Of a stretch of DNA of 64,000 nt, positions 8,227 to 16,938 are shown in pieces. Position 1 is the stretch's first letter, and every line of letters starts with the position of its first letter. The notes below the pieces were generated by a model. The model saw only the letters and a program-made list of their open reading frames with translations, searched no databases and was not told where the DNA came from. A program made the translations under genes and the position numbers. Location of the stretch: positions 160,001 to 224,000 of the forward strand of contig CAWAHW010000002.1 in NCBI GenBank assembly GCA_963781885.1. The letters run 5' to 3'. Source of the DNA: an uncultured Spirochaetota bacterium. GTDB taxonomy: Bacteria; Spirochaetota; Spirochaetia; SZUA-6; Fen-1364.

Positions 8227-8523
8227 ATGGCAATCGACCAGAACCGCTTCGAGGCCCAGGTGAGCGAGGTCCTCGCGTCATTCGATTTCAATCTCGTTCA
8301 CCGGGTCATGGAATTTCTAGACTGGACGTGGGCGAATCTCGATCGCATCCCGACGAAAAAGGAGCTTGTGGCCGAGGCAGGGCGGCTCCTGAGGGAGCTG
8401 GCGGGATCCCCCGGGGTCCTGGGCAGCGGCGGTCTGCGGGCGAGCTTCAAGGAAGACGGGACGCTCAGCCTCAAGTTCATCGTGAGCGAGAGCTGGTCCG
8501 ATCTGGCCGAGGACGCCCGTTAG
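8227..8523 (+). CDS. Small hypothetical protein (FDF..VH.VM..LDW.W motif)
   Basis: ATG 8227 with GAAGGA upstream; coherent 98-aa globular-looking sequence filling the gap between two + strand genes. Confidence 0.6.
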   Translation: MAIDQNRFEAQVSEVLASFDFNLVHRVMEFLDWTWANLDRIPTKKELVAEAGRLLRELAGSPGVLGSGGLRASFKEDGTLSLKFIVSESWSDLAEDAR

Positions 8524-8541
8524 GCCCCTTTCTGCCCGCTC

Positions 8542-8570
8542 TTGACTTATTTTTACTAGTAGAATACTAT
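8542..8570 (+). promoter_or_regulatory. Sigma70 promoter of IclR gene with imperfect palindrome in the spacer
   Basis: TTGACT(8542)-N17-TACTAT(8565); TTTTACTAGTAGAA inverted repeat at 8551-8564. Confidence 0.6.
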
Positions 8571-8588
8571 TTGATAAGAGATGAAGAG

Positions 8589-9443
8589 ATGAAGGATCGC
8601 AGTCGTATCAAGAAGCCCGTTCGCACCTATTCGGCACCCGCGGTCGACAGGACGCTCGACATCCTGGAATACATGGCGGCGCACCCGCGTCCCTTCGGTA
8701 CCACGGAGCTCTCACGCAGCCTCAACATACCGATCAATTCCGTATTCCGCATCCTCAAACGCCTGACGGACCGCGCCTATACGGTGCAGGATCCCTTTTC
8801 CGACGGCTACCAGCTCAGCACGAAGGTTTTCACCCTCGGCATGAGCCTGTATGTCAGGTTCGAGCTGCGCCAGCGCGTCCGGCCTCATCTCGAATGGCTC
8901 TGCCGGGAAACCGAGGAGACCTGCCAGCTCCAGGTCCCGCAGGGGGACAAGATGCTGGTGCTGGACACCATCAGCCCCGAGGTCCAGTACTACATCCGGG
9001 TGGTGCCGGGCGGACTCGTTCACTATCACCCCAATGCCTTTGGAAAGGCGGTGCTCGCCTTCGATACCGAGGAGGAGATCAAGCGCCTCATCCCGCCGAG
9101 GCTGCCGGGGTTGACGCCGCACACCATCGTCCTGCGCACGGAACTCTTGAAGCAGCTCGAGAACGTGCGCAGGACGGGTCTCGCGTACGACAACGAGGAA
9201 TACAACGAGGGGATCAGGTGCGTCGGCGCGCCGGTCTTCGACGTGGAAGGCAAGGTCGTGGCGGGTCTCGGGGTCACGGGGCTCGTGTTCACCTTCCGCA
9301 ACCAAAGGCTGGCGGCGTTCGAGCAGCTCGTGCTCGAATGCGCCTTCCGCGTCTCCCGGGACATCGGGTACACGGGCGGCTTCTTCACCGACAAGATCGC
9401 GCGCCCCTTTTCCAACCAGCTCCAGAAGGCCGGCGGCTCCTGA
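8589..9443 (+). CDS. IclR family transcriptional regulator
   Basis: YSAPAVDRTLDILE HTH, GKAVLAF, LTPHTI, GLAYDNEEYNEGIRCVGAPVFD. Confidence 0.95.
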   Translation: MKDRSRIKKPVRTYSAPAVDRTLDILEYMAAHPRPFGTTELSRSLNIPINSVFRILKRLTDRAYTVQDPFSDGYQLSTKVFTLGMSLYVRFELRQRVRPHLEWLCRETEETCQLQVPQGDKMLVLDTISPEVQYYIRVVPGGLVHYHPNAFGKAVLAFDTEEEIKRLIPPRLPGLTPHTIVLRTELLKQLENVRRTGLAYDNEEYNEGIRCVGAPVFDVEGKVVAGLGVTGLVFTFRNQRLAAFEQLVLECAFRVSRDIGYTGGFFTDKIARPFSNQLQKAGGS

Positions 9444-9456
9444 TCTTCAGGCCTGC

Positions 9457-10494
9457 TCAGGCCCTGATCGGGTAACGGCCGAGCTCCCGCCACGTCGTGA
9501 GCAACGCTCGATAATTCTCCGGCGTGACCGACGAGTGGATTGAGTTGCTCGACGAGAGGATGAAACCTCCGCCCGGCGCGCCGACCCGCAGCGCATGGCG
9601 CGTGGCGGCGGCGACTTGGTCGGGCGTGCCGAGGGTCATCAGGTGCGCGCAGTCTACATTGCCCTTGAGCGCAATGAGCGCCCCCAGCTTTGCCTTCACT
9701 TCCGCGAGGTCCATGCCGGCGACGGGATCGATGGGATCAAGGCAGTCGATGCCCGATTCCACGATCATGTCCATGAGCGGCCAGATCATGCCGTCGGTGT
9801 GCTTGATGACACGGAGGCCCAGCGCCTTGAACCCCTGCACGACGCGACGCAGGCCGGGCGCGAACAAGGCGCGAAAGTGCGCCGGTGACATCAGAGGCCC
9901 GCTGTCCCCGGCATAGTCGTCCCCCGTGTAGACGACCTTCGCGCCCCGTTGCGCGACCTCCTTCGCCATCGCCAGGTTGACGTCCACCGACATCTCGACC
10001 ATGGCGGCGACAAGGGTCGGCTCGGAGACGATTGCCATGAGGAGGTTTTCGTATCCCATGAGGGAGCGGGGGATGGAAAAGACGTCGTTCAGATGGACGA
10101 TCACCGCCTTCCGCCCGGCGTAGTCGCGGAGCGTCTTCTCCACGTGGAAGTAGCGTCCGGCGGCATGCGGATCAGGCGGTACGTAGCGCTCGAAGTCCCG
10201 CATGGTCCGTATCGGCGATTCGACCTCTATGCCATGCTCCTCCGCTGACTCCTGCACGGTGTATCCCCACTCCGTGCGCCATCGCCCCGGTCCGGCGGGC
10301 GCCCTGGTCCAGTCGGGCTCCGCGATCACGGCGTCAAGCCCCATGCGGTCGGCGAAATCATTCAGCGAGATGCATCCCGGGGCGAGGGCTGCGCGCACCT
10401 TCCTGTCGATGGCCCATTCGAAATGGGGCACCCTGTCGGGCTCCTTGCGATCCAGCACCCGAAGGATCCGTTCCTCACCCGTCATGTCCGCCAT
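9457..10494 (-). CDS. Uroporphyrinogen decarboxylase (URO-D)-like family protein
   Basis: MTGEERILRVL..KEPDRVP, GDDYAG..GPLMSP..FR, IKHTDG, DPIDPVAGMD, GNVD, GGGFILSSSNSIH. Confidence 0.88.
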   Translation of the reverse strand: MADMTGEERILRVLDRKEPDRVPHFEWAIDRKVRAALAPGCISLNDFADRMGLDAVIAEPDWTRAPAGPGRWRTEWGYTVQESAEEHGIEVESPIRTMRDFERYVPPDPHAAGRYFHVEKTLRDYAGRKAVIVHLNDVFSIPRSLMGYENLLMAIVSEPTLVAAMVEMSVDVNLAMAKEVAQRGAKVVYTGDDYAGDSGPLMSPAHFRALFAPGLRRVVQGFKALGLRVIKHTDGMIWPLMDMIVESGIDCLDPIDPVAGMDLAEVKAKLGALIALKGNVDCAHLMTLGTPDQVAAATRHALRVGAPGGGFILSSSNSIHSSVTPENYRALLTTWRELGRYPIRA

Positions 10495-10558
10495 TCGGTG
10501 CCTCCGATGATGATTTCACCACCCAAGTAAAAAATATCATATCATATTTAAAATCTAC

Positions 10559-10587
10559 TTGACAAATGGAATTTTACAAGTCATAGT
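10559..10587 (+). promoter_or_regulatory. Putative sigma70 promoter for SDR-cupin genes
   Basis: TTGACA(10559)-N17-CATAGT in an AT-rich divergent intergenic region. Confidence 0.5.
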
Positions 10588-10639
10588 CCGATTTGGTTTG
10601 ATCCTGACAGATGATGCGTGAACGAGGGAGGTGCTTTGC

Positions 10640-11389
10640 ATGAGTGAATCTTTGAAGGGAAAAGTCGCCGTCATCTCCGCTGTCGGCTCGGGCTTTGCCA
10701 AGGCGACCGCGGAGCTTTTTGCGAAACTGGACAAGGTGAATCTCGTCGTCTTCGACATCGATGAAGCCGCGCTCAAGACCACGGTGGCCAACTGTCAGGC
10801 CGCGGGTTCCAGGGTTGTTTCGTTCAAGGGGGATGCCACGAAGCCCGAGACATTCGAGCGCGCGCTTTCGGAGAGCATCGGCAATTTTGGCAAGGTGGAT
10901 TTCCTCATCAATTACGCCGGCGGGGCGGTCAAGGTGGCCCCCATCGAGGAGATGGATGACGCGGTGAACCGCAAGATCATCGATCTCAACCTCATGAGCA
11001 CGATCATGAGCTGCCGCACCTTCACTCCCCAGTTCAAGAAGCAGGGGTACGGGAAGATCATCAACGTGTCCAGCGCGTGCGACCGGCGTTCATGGCAGGG
11101 CTGGTCGGTCTACTCCGCGGCGAAGGCCGGGGTCAATGCGTTCACAAAGTGCCTTTACACGGAATTGCGTCCGTTGGGGATCGCGGTGACGCTCCTGGTG
11201 CCGGGCGGTTCCAACACCGGATTCCAGAAGGCAGCCCAGGGCGTCGACAAGTTCGAATGGGACGAGTCCCTCGCGGTGAGGCCCGAGCACTTCGCCGACA
11301 TGGTCTACCAGACCTGCGCGCTGACAAGGGGCGGCTGCGTATCCGAGATGCTCGTGTATGGCCTGGCGCAGGACGTGAGCGGGTTCTGA
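10640..11389 (+). CDS. Short-chain dehydrogenase/reductase
   Basis: GKVAVISAVGSGFAK (degenerate Rossmann motif), INYAG, IINVSS, YSAAK catalytic motif, PGGSNT; GAGGGAGG RBS. Confidence 0.9.
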   Translation: MSESLKGKVAVISAVGSGFAKATAELFAKLDKVNLVVFDIDEAALKTTVANCQAAGSRVVSFKGDATKPETFERALSESIGNFGKVDFLINYAGGAVKVAPIEEMDDAVNRKIIDLNLMSTIMSCRTFTPQFKKQGYGKIINVSSACDRRSWQGWSVYSAAKAGVNAFTKCLYTELRPLGIAVTLLVPGGSNTGFQKAAQGVDKFEWDESLAVRPEHFADMVYQTCALTRGGCVSEMLVYGLAQDVSGF

Positions 11390-11390
11390 C

Positions 11391-11900
11391 ATGAAAGAAA
11401 TCGCCTGGAAAAAGCTGAGTCTGGAGGCTTTCGCTCCCTTTGGGGCGTATGCGCGGATGCTGAACCCTTCGGCCCTGAAGATCGGCGCGGAGCCAATCGA
11501 GTTTTTCCGCGACATGATCCAATCCCAGTTGGGCACGACCTCACTTGCGTCCTTCGGTGTCTGCCGCGTGGTGAAAAGGCCGTGCGTCGTGGACGTGTCC
11601 GAGTACCACGACACCTGCTGCGAGATCGTGCTTCCCTTGGACGGCGACGTCCTGATGCACGTGGCGCCGGCGGTACCCGAGAAAGAGTTTCCTTTCGACC
11701 GGGCCGAGGTGTTTTTCGTGCCGAAGGGAACGATTTGCTGTCTGCGCCCGGGCGTGTGGCACCACGCTCCTTTCGCTCATGCAACGCAGGTCGTCAACTG
11801 TCTGGTCGTCCTTCCAGAGCGCACCTATATGAACGACTGCACGGTCTACCCGTTCCCGGCGGAAGAGCGGATCAGGATTGTCGGCGAGGGCGTGCTTTGA
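11391..11900 (+). CDS. Ureidoglycolate lyase (AllA)-like cupin protein
   Basis: LSLEAFAPFG, EYHDTCCEIVLP, PGVWHHAPF. Confidence 0.75.
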   Translation: MKEIAWKKLSLEAFAPFGAYARMLNPSALKIGAEPIEFFRDMIQSQLGTTSLASFGVCRVVKRPCVVDVSEYHDTCCEIVLPLDGDVLMHVAPAVPEKEFPFDRAEVFFVPKGTICCLRPGVWHHAPFAHATQVVNCLVVLPERTYMNDCTVYPFPAEERIRIVGEGVL

Positions 11901-12012
11901 ATGCGCAATGTCATTTTTTATTTAGAATACGATTGGATTTTGGAGGTCGGTCTTGCTTAATTTATTTTGTAACAGTACTTTAGGACATTTGATATTTGAA
12001 ATAAGATTTTTC

Positions 12013-12041
12013 TTGACAAATATGTATGCGCACAGCAGAAT
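12013..12041 (+). promoter_or_regulatory. Putative sigma70 promoter for sugar ABC operon
   Basis: TTGACA(12013)-N17-CAGAAT within an AT-rich ~260-bp intergenic region. Confidence 0.5.
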
Positions 12042-12167
12042 GCCATCAAGAAAACCATCTTGAAAAAAAGGAGGTGGGAGAACGCAGCAGAACAACGGAT
12101 CAAGGGCTTGGATTGTGAAAGTTGAGTGTACCGGTTTCCACAAACGTATCGAGGAGGGAGAGATCAC

Positions 12168-13193
12168 ATGAAGAAGACAGTCCTGTTGCTCGTCGCGCTC
12201 GCGCTCCTGGCCCCCATGGCATTCGCCAATGGCGGCGCAGAGAAGGCGAAGCCCATGAAGATCGCGTTCTTTGTATCAGATCTGAGCAACGTGTTTCACC
12301 AGGGGCAATTCGCGGAAGCGAAGAAGTACGCCAAGGAAAAGTACAACGCCGACGTGTACGCGTTTGACGGCAAGTCCGATTCCGCCGTCATGACGGCGAA
12401 CATCGACCAGGTCGTGGCTCAGGGCATGGATGCGGCCACCCTCCACATCTGGGACGGCGATGCCGCGACCCCTGGCGTTCAAGCTGCCATCAAGAAGGGC
12501 ATCATCATGACCGCGTTCTTCAGCCCGGTGGGCCAGACCGGGATCCCCGTGGCCCGCAGCGATGAGAAAGGCGTTTCTTTTGCCATGGGCGCGGAGATGG
12601 CCAAGCAGTGGAAGGCCGCATTCCCGAACAAGCCCATCGTGATGGTTGAGCTCGGATGGCCCGACAACACGGAAGTGAAGTCGGGACGCACCGACCCCTT
12701 CGTCCAGGGTGTCCTGTCCGTGGATCCTTCGGCGAAAGATCTCGGCTGCCAGGATGCGAGCAAGGGACCCGACACAGCCAAGCAGATCGTCACCGATCTC
12801 ATGACCACGCACCCCGAAGTCAACCTGATCGACTCCGAGGCGGGCAACCTGACCGTCGGCACGATGGCAGCGCTGACGCAGGCCGGCAGGGGCAAGTTCA
12901 ACAACGGCAAGCCGCTCACGGAAATCGTCTGCAGCTGCGACTTCGACTCGGTCGAGATCAAGGAAGTCTACGATGCCAATAGCTCGCTGAAGCTCTCCCT
13001 GGGGCTTCCCCCGATTGAAACGGCACGGGGAAGAATCGACCTGATCATGGACATCAAGAACGGCAAGGTGAAGCAGATTTCACAACCCGCGGAAGAATAC
13101 TTTTACAAGGCGTACAACATCTCCTATTGGACGATGCCGCGGGCCGATGCGGTGAAATGGCTGAACAGCCAATTCGGGACCACCGTTCAGTAG
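12168..13193 (+). CDS. Sugar ABC transporter substrate-binding protein (RbsB-like)
   Basis: Signal peptide MKKTVLLLVALALLAPMAFANGG, KIAFFVSDLSNVF; precedes ATPase and permeases; GAGGAGGGAG RBS. Confidence 0.88.
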   Translation: MKKTVLLLVALALLAPMAFANGGAEKAKPMKIAFFVSDLSNVFHQGQFAEAKKYAKEKYNADVYAFDGKSDSAVMTANIDQVVAQGMDAATLHIWDGDAATPGVQAAIKKGIIMTAFFSPVGQTGIPVARSDEKGVSFAMGAEMAKQWKAAFPNKPIVMVELGWPDNTEVKSGRTDPFVQGVLSVDPSAKDLGCQDASKGPDTAKQIVTDLMTTHPEVNLIDSEAGNLTVGTMAALTQAGRGKFNNGKPLTEIVCSCDFDSVEIKEVYDANSSLKLSLGLPPIETARGRIDLIMDIKNGKVKQISQPAEEYFYKAYNISYWTMPRADAVKWLNSQFGTTVQ

Positions 13194-13227
13194 CTTGATC
13201 GAAGCCTAAGAAAGCAGCAGTCTACCG

Positions 13228-13254
13228 AAGGGGGAGGCGGAAGCCTCCCCCTTT
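13228..13254 (+). terminator. Intra-operon stem-loop after binding-protein gene
   Basis: AAGGGGGAGGC-GGAA-GCCTCCCCCTT, 11-bp perfect stem with short T tail. Confidence 0.7.
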
Positions 13255-13274
13255 CGCAGCAGGGGGGCGGATGC

Positions 13275-14789
13275 ATGAAGCTGACGGACAACGTCCTGGA
13301 AATCAGAGACCTCGTGAAGGATTTCCCCAGCGTACGGGCGGTCAATAACGTCAGTTTCGACATCAAGAGGAACACCGTGCATTGCCTGGTGGGAGAGAAC
13401 GGGGCGGGCAAATCCACCCTCATCAAGATCCTCACCGGCGCCTCGATGCGTTCGAGCGGCAGCATTCTCCTGAACGGGATGGCATACACCCCGCACAGCA
13501 CGCGCGACGCGAAGCAGAAAGGCATCAGCACGCTGTTCCAGGAATTGAACGTGGTGGATCAGCTCACCGTGGAGGAAAACCTCACACTCGGCATGGAGGA
13601 CACGACCTTTGGATTCCTCCGCAAAACGGACAAGATCAATACGATGGTGAGCGTGATGAACAGCCTCGAACCGTCCATCAGGCCGCGGCAGCTCGTCTCC
13701 ACCTTGAGCGTCGCGAAAAAACAGATCGTGGAGATCGCGAAGGCTGTCGCCACGGAGTCTGACATCATCATCATGGATGAGCCGACTGCCGCGATCTCCG
13801 AAAGCGAAATCAAGAGATTGTTCGCCATCATCAAGAGCCTCCGAGAAAAGAACGTGACCGTCATCTACATATCGCACAGGCTCGACGAGATTTTCGAACT
13901 GGGCGACTACGTGACGGTCATGCGCGATGGAAAGCATATCGACACCAAGCTCGTGTCGGAGATCAAGGACCGATCGGAGCTGGTCAAGATGATGATCGGA
14001 AAGACCGTTTTCGAGCAGTACACGCCCAAAGAGGGCGAATGCAGGGACGCCATCCTCCAGGTCAGGCACCTCACCAACCACAAGCTCAACGACATTTCCT
14101 TCGAGGTCCACCAGGGAGAGATCGTTGGATTCTACGGCCTCGTGGGCGCCGGAAAGACCGAGCTCGCGCGTGCAATCTACGGGGTCGACCCTTACGAGGG
14201 GGATATCCTCTTCAAGGGCAGGAAGCTGCCGCCCTTCCCCGACAAGGTCATCGCCGCGGGGATCGCGCTTGTGCCGGAGGAGCGACGCTCGCAGGGGCTT
14301 TTCACCATCCTCACCATCCGCGGCAATGTGCCCGTCATGAACATGAAAAAAATCTCCCGCAACGGTTTCATCGACGCGGGGCAGGAGAGAAGGGTCACGC
14401 TCGACTACATCGACAAGCTCAGGATTTCCACGAACAGCACGGAGAAGGAAGCGTCGCAGCTCTCCGGGGGCAACCAGCAAAAAGTGGTCCTGGCCAAGTG
14501 CCTTTTTGCGGACGCGGACCTGCTCATGCTCGACGAGCCCACACGCGGCATCGACGTGGGGGCGAAGAGCGAGATCTACGGCATCATCCGCCAGCTTTCC
14601 CATGAGGGGAAATCCATCATGATCTTTTCCTCGGAGCTGCCCGAGGTCGTCAACATATGCGACAGCATCTACCTGCTCTATGACGGGAGCATGAAGGCCA
14701 CCATAAGGAATGGCTGCGACATCGACAGCGAAAAGATCCTCCATATCGTCACGGGCGGAGATGTCACCTCTGGTGACGGCGGGGAATGA
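13275..14789 (+). CDS. Sugar ABC transporter ATP-binding protein (RbsA-like, two NBDs)
   Basis: GENGAGKST, IIMDEPT, YISHRLDE, LSGGNQQKV, LDEPTRGIDVGAK. Confidence 0.96.
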   Translation: MKLTDNVLEIRDLVKDFPSVRAVNNVSFDIKRNTVHCLVGENGAGKSTLIKILTGASMRSSGSILLNGMAYTPHSTRDAKQKGISTLFQELNVVDQLTVEENLTLGMEDTTFGFLRKTDKINTMVSVMNSLEPSIRPRQLVSTLSVAKKQIVEIAKAVATESDIIIMDEPTAAISESEIKRLFAIIKSLREKNVTVIYISHRLDEIFELGDYVTVMRDGKHIDTKLVSEIKDRSELVKMMIGKTVFEQYTPKEGECRDAILQVRHLTNHKLNDISFEVHQGEIVGFYGLVGAGKTELARAIYGVDPYEGDILFKGRKLPPFPDKVIAAGIALVPEERRSQGLFTILTIRGNVPVMNMKKISRNGFIDAGQERRVTLDYIDKLRISTNSTEKEASQLSGGNQQKVVLAKCLFADADLLMLDEPTRGIDVGAKSEIYGIIRQLSHEGKSIMIFSSELPEVVNICDSIYLLYDGSMKATIRNGCDIDSEKILHIVTGGDVTSGDGGE

Positions 14790-15814
14790 ACGTGGAGACG
14801 AAGCGGGCGCGGAAAATGACGATCGGCGGCAGGATAAGCAACGAGTCGTTCATCACCCTGTTCATGATCGGCGTGCTCGTTGTCCTGTTCGGGGTTGCCT
14901 GCGCGGTTGTGCCGAGATTCTACCTGCCTCAGAACATGATCAATCTCCTCACGAACAACTGGTACATCATCATCCTGGGCATTGGCGTCACGTTCCTCCT
15001 GATCACCGGCAACTTCGACATGTCCGTGGGCGGCGTCATTGCCATGACGGGAGTCCTCTCCGTCTGGTTCTGCCAGGACGCCACCGTGCAGCAGAACTCG
15101 CTCGCCGTCGGCCTGGGGCTCCCCTATGGGGTCGCGGTCGCGCTCGCTCTGCTCTGTGCCATGGGCATCGGCGCCATCAACGCATTTTTCATCGCACGGC
15201 TGAAAGTGCCCTCCATCATCATCACGCTGGGCACGATGATGATCGCGCGCGGCGTTGCCCAGATCGCCGCGCAAGGGGCGCAGCGGAACACCAGCCTGCC
15301 CGATGTGTTCGGCGTGCTTGGCAACCTGACCATCCGGGGCACCTCCATCAAGCTCGCCGTGCTCATCATGGCGGCCCTCATCGTTGCCGCGTTCGTCTTT
15401 GAAAAAAAGACGGTTGCCGGCCGGAGGACCTACCTCATCGGCGCCAACTCCACGGCGGCGCGGCTCTCGGGCGTCAACGTGAGACGGCACCTCACCTCCC
15501 TGTTCATCATCAGCTCCCTCCTGGCGGGAATCACGGGGATACTGCTTTCATCCGAGTTCAAGGCGGGGGGGTCCAGCCGCGCGACGGGATACGAGTTCGA
15601 CGCGCTGGTGATCTCCCTGCTGGGGGGGGTCAGCATCGCGGGCGGGTTCGGCTCGGTGCTGGGGATGTTCGTCGGGGCGATTATTCTCTCCGTCGTGACC
15701 TCGGCGGCCACGGGTCTCCTTCTGTCGCCGGACTGGCAATTCACCATCAAGGGCGTCGTGACCTTCATCGCGATCCTTGCGCAGCGGTTTGCCCTGGACA
15801 AGAGGAAGGGTTGA
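14786..15814 (+). CDS. Sugar ABC transporter permease (RbsC-like)
   Basis: GNFDMSVG, IITLGTM, IGAN..AARLSG, GYEFDA..LLGGVS; hydrophobic. Confidence 0.94.
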   Translation: MNVETKRARKMTIGGRISNESFITLFMIGVLVVLFGVACAVVPRFYLPQNMINLLTNNWYIIILGIGVTFLLITGNFDMSVGGVIAMTGVLSVWFCQDATVQQNSLAVGLGLPYGVAVALALLCAMGIGAINAFFIARLKVPSIIITLGTMMIARGVAQIAAQGAQRNTSLPDVFGVLGNLTIRGTSIKLAVLIMAALIVAAFVFEKKTVAGRRTYLIGANSTAARLSGVNVRRHLTSLFIISSLLAGITGILLSSEFKAGGSSRATGYEFDALVISLLGGVSIAGGFGSVLGMFVGAIILSVVTSAATGLLLSPDWQFTIKGVVTFIAILAQRFALDKRKG

Positions 15815-15851
15815 AAACTCCACGGGGTACCGTAGAAGGGAGCATGGTGAC

Positions 15852-16889
15852 GTGAACAGCGCAAAGGAAGACACACTGCGCACGCAGCTGGAACGATCGA
15901 ACGCCGTGAGATCGAACATCAAGAAGCTCTATATCTACGTCGTGCTGGTCCTGATCGTGGCCATCTTCAGCGTGGTGAAGCTCGGCCAGGTGGAGTTCTT
16001 CGGCCGGGGGCATTTTCTCAGCCCGGACAGCATCATCAACCTCCTGCGCAGCGCCGTGCCCATATTGACACTGAGCGGCGCGTTCACGCTCCTGATGATC
16101 TCGGGCTATATCGACCTTTCCGTCGGCAGCGCAATGAGCCTCAGCGCCGTCGTGTTTTCCTGGCTGATCCTGAACGGCGCGAGCTTCCTGCCCGCGATGA
16201 TCATCACCCTGGTCATGGGCATCGGCCTGGGCTTCCTCAACGGCCTGCTGGTCATGAAGCTGCGCATCACGCCGGTGATCGCGACCCTTGTCACGCTGAA
16301 CCTGTTCAAGGGCATCGCGCTCCTGATCGTGCCGGACGGCATTTCAGCCATCAAGGGGAGCGCGACAAAGGCCATGCCCGCCTGGATCAACGACTACGCA
16401 CGCATGGATGTTTTGCTGGGCCTGCCCTGGGCATTCTACATCGCCATCGTCGTGATCGTCGCATTGGTCATCGTGCAGCGGAAGACCATCCTCGGCAAGT
16501 ACGCCGCCGCGATCGGCGGGAACCGCACGTCCGCGGAGCTGTCGGGCATCAACGCCGTCAGGATGGTATGGCTCCTGTACATCATCGTCGGCTTCTTCGC
16601 CGCCCTTGCCGGAATGGCGCGCGCCAGCTACATGTCCCTGGGCGACCCGCTGTCCGGTGACGGCATGGAGCTGGACTGCATCATCGCGGTGCTGCTGGGC
16701 GGCACGGCCTTTTCGGGGGGCGAGGGATCCGTCGCCAAGACAATCATTGGCGCGCTCATCATCATGTGCCTGACGACCGGCCTCATGACGGTCATCCCGG
16801 CCTTCTGGCAGACGATGGCAAAGGGCAGCGTGCTCATTGCCGCCGTCGTGCTCAACGCCCTCCTCGTGAGGGAGAAGGTCAAAGCCTGA
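15852..16889 (+). CDS. Sugar ABC transporter permease (RbsC-like), second
   Basis: GYIDLSVG, IATLVT, IGGN..SAELSG, GMELDCI.AVLLGGT; start codon uncertain. Confidence 0.92.
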   Translation: MNSAKEDTLRTQLERSNAVRSNIKKLYIYVVLVLIVAIFSVVKLGQVEFFGRGHFLSPDSIINLLRSAVPILTLSGAFTLLMISGYIDLSVGSAMSLSAVVFSWLILNGASFLPAMIITLVMGIGLGFLNGLLVMKLRITPVIATLVTLNLFKGIALLIVPDGISAIKGSATKAMPAWINDYARMDVLLGLPWAFYIAIVVIVALVIVQRKTILGKYAAAIGGNRTSAELSGINAVRMVWLLYIIVGFFAALAGMARASYMSLGDPLSGDGMELDCIIAVLLGGTAFSGGEGSVAKTIIGALIIMCLTTGLMTVIPAFWQTMAKGSVLIAAVVLNALLVREKVKA

Positions 16890-16938
16890 CGCGGGGCGGA
16901 TCCCTCATTGAATGGATGAGGCGGCGGGAAGAATGGGA

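Noticed and set aside
11900-12167. Riboswitch or sRNA in the long AT-rich leader
   Set aside because: No recognisable conserved aptamer or terminator structure by eye; a promoter explains part of it. An Rfam/Infernal scan would be needed.
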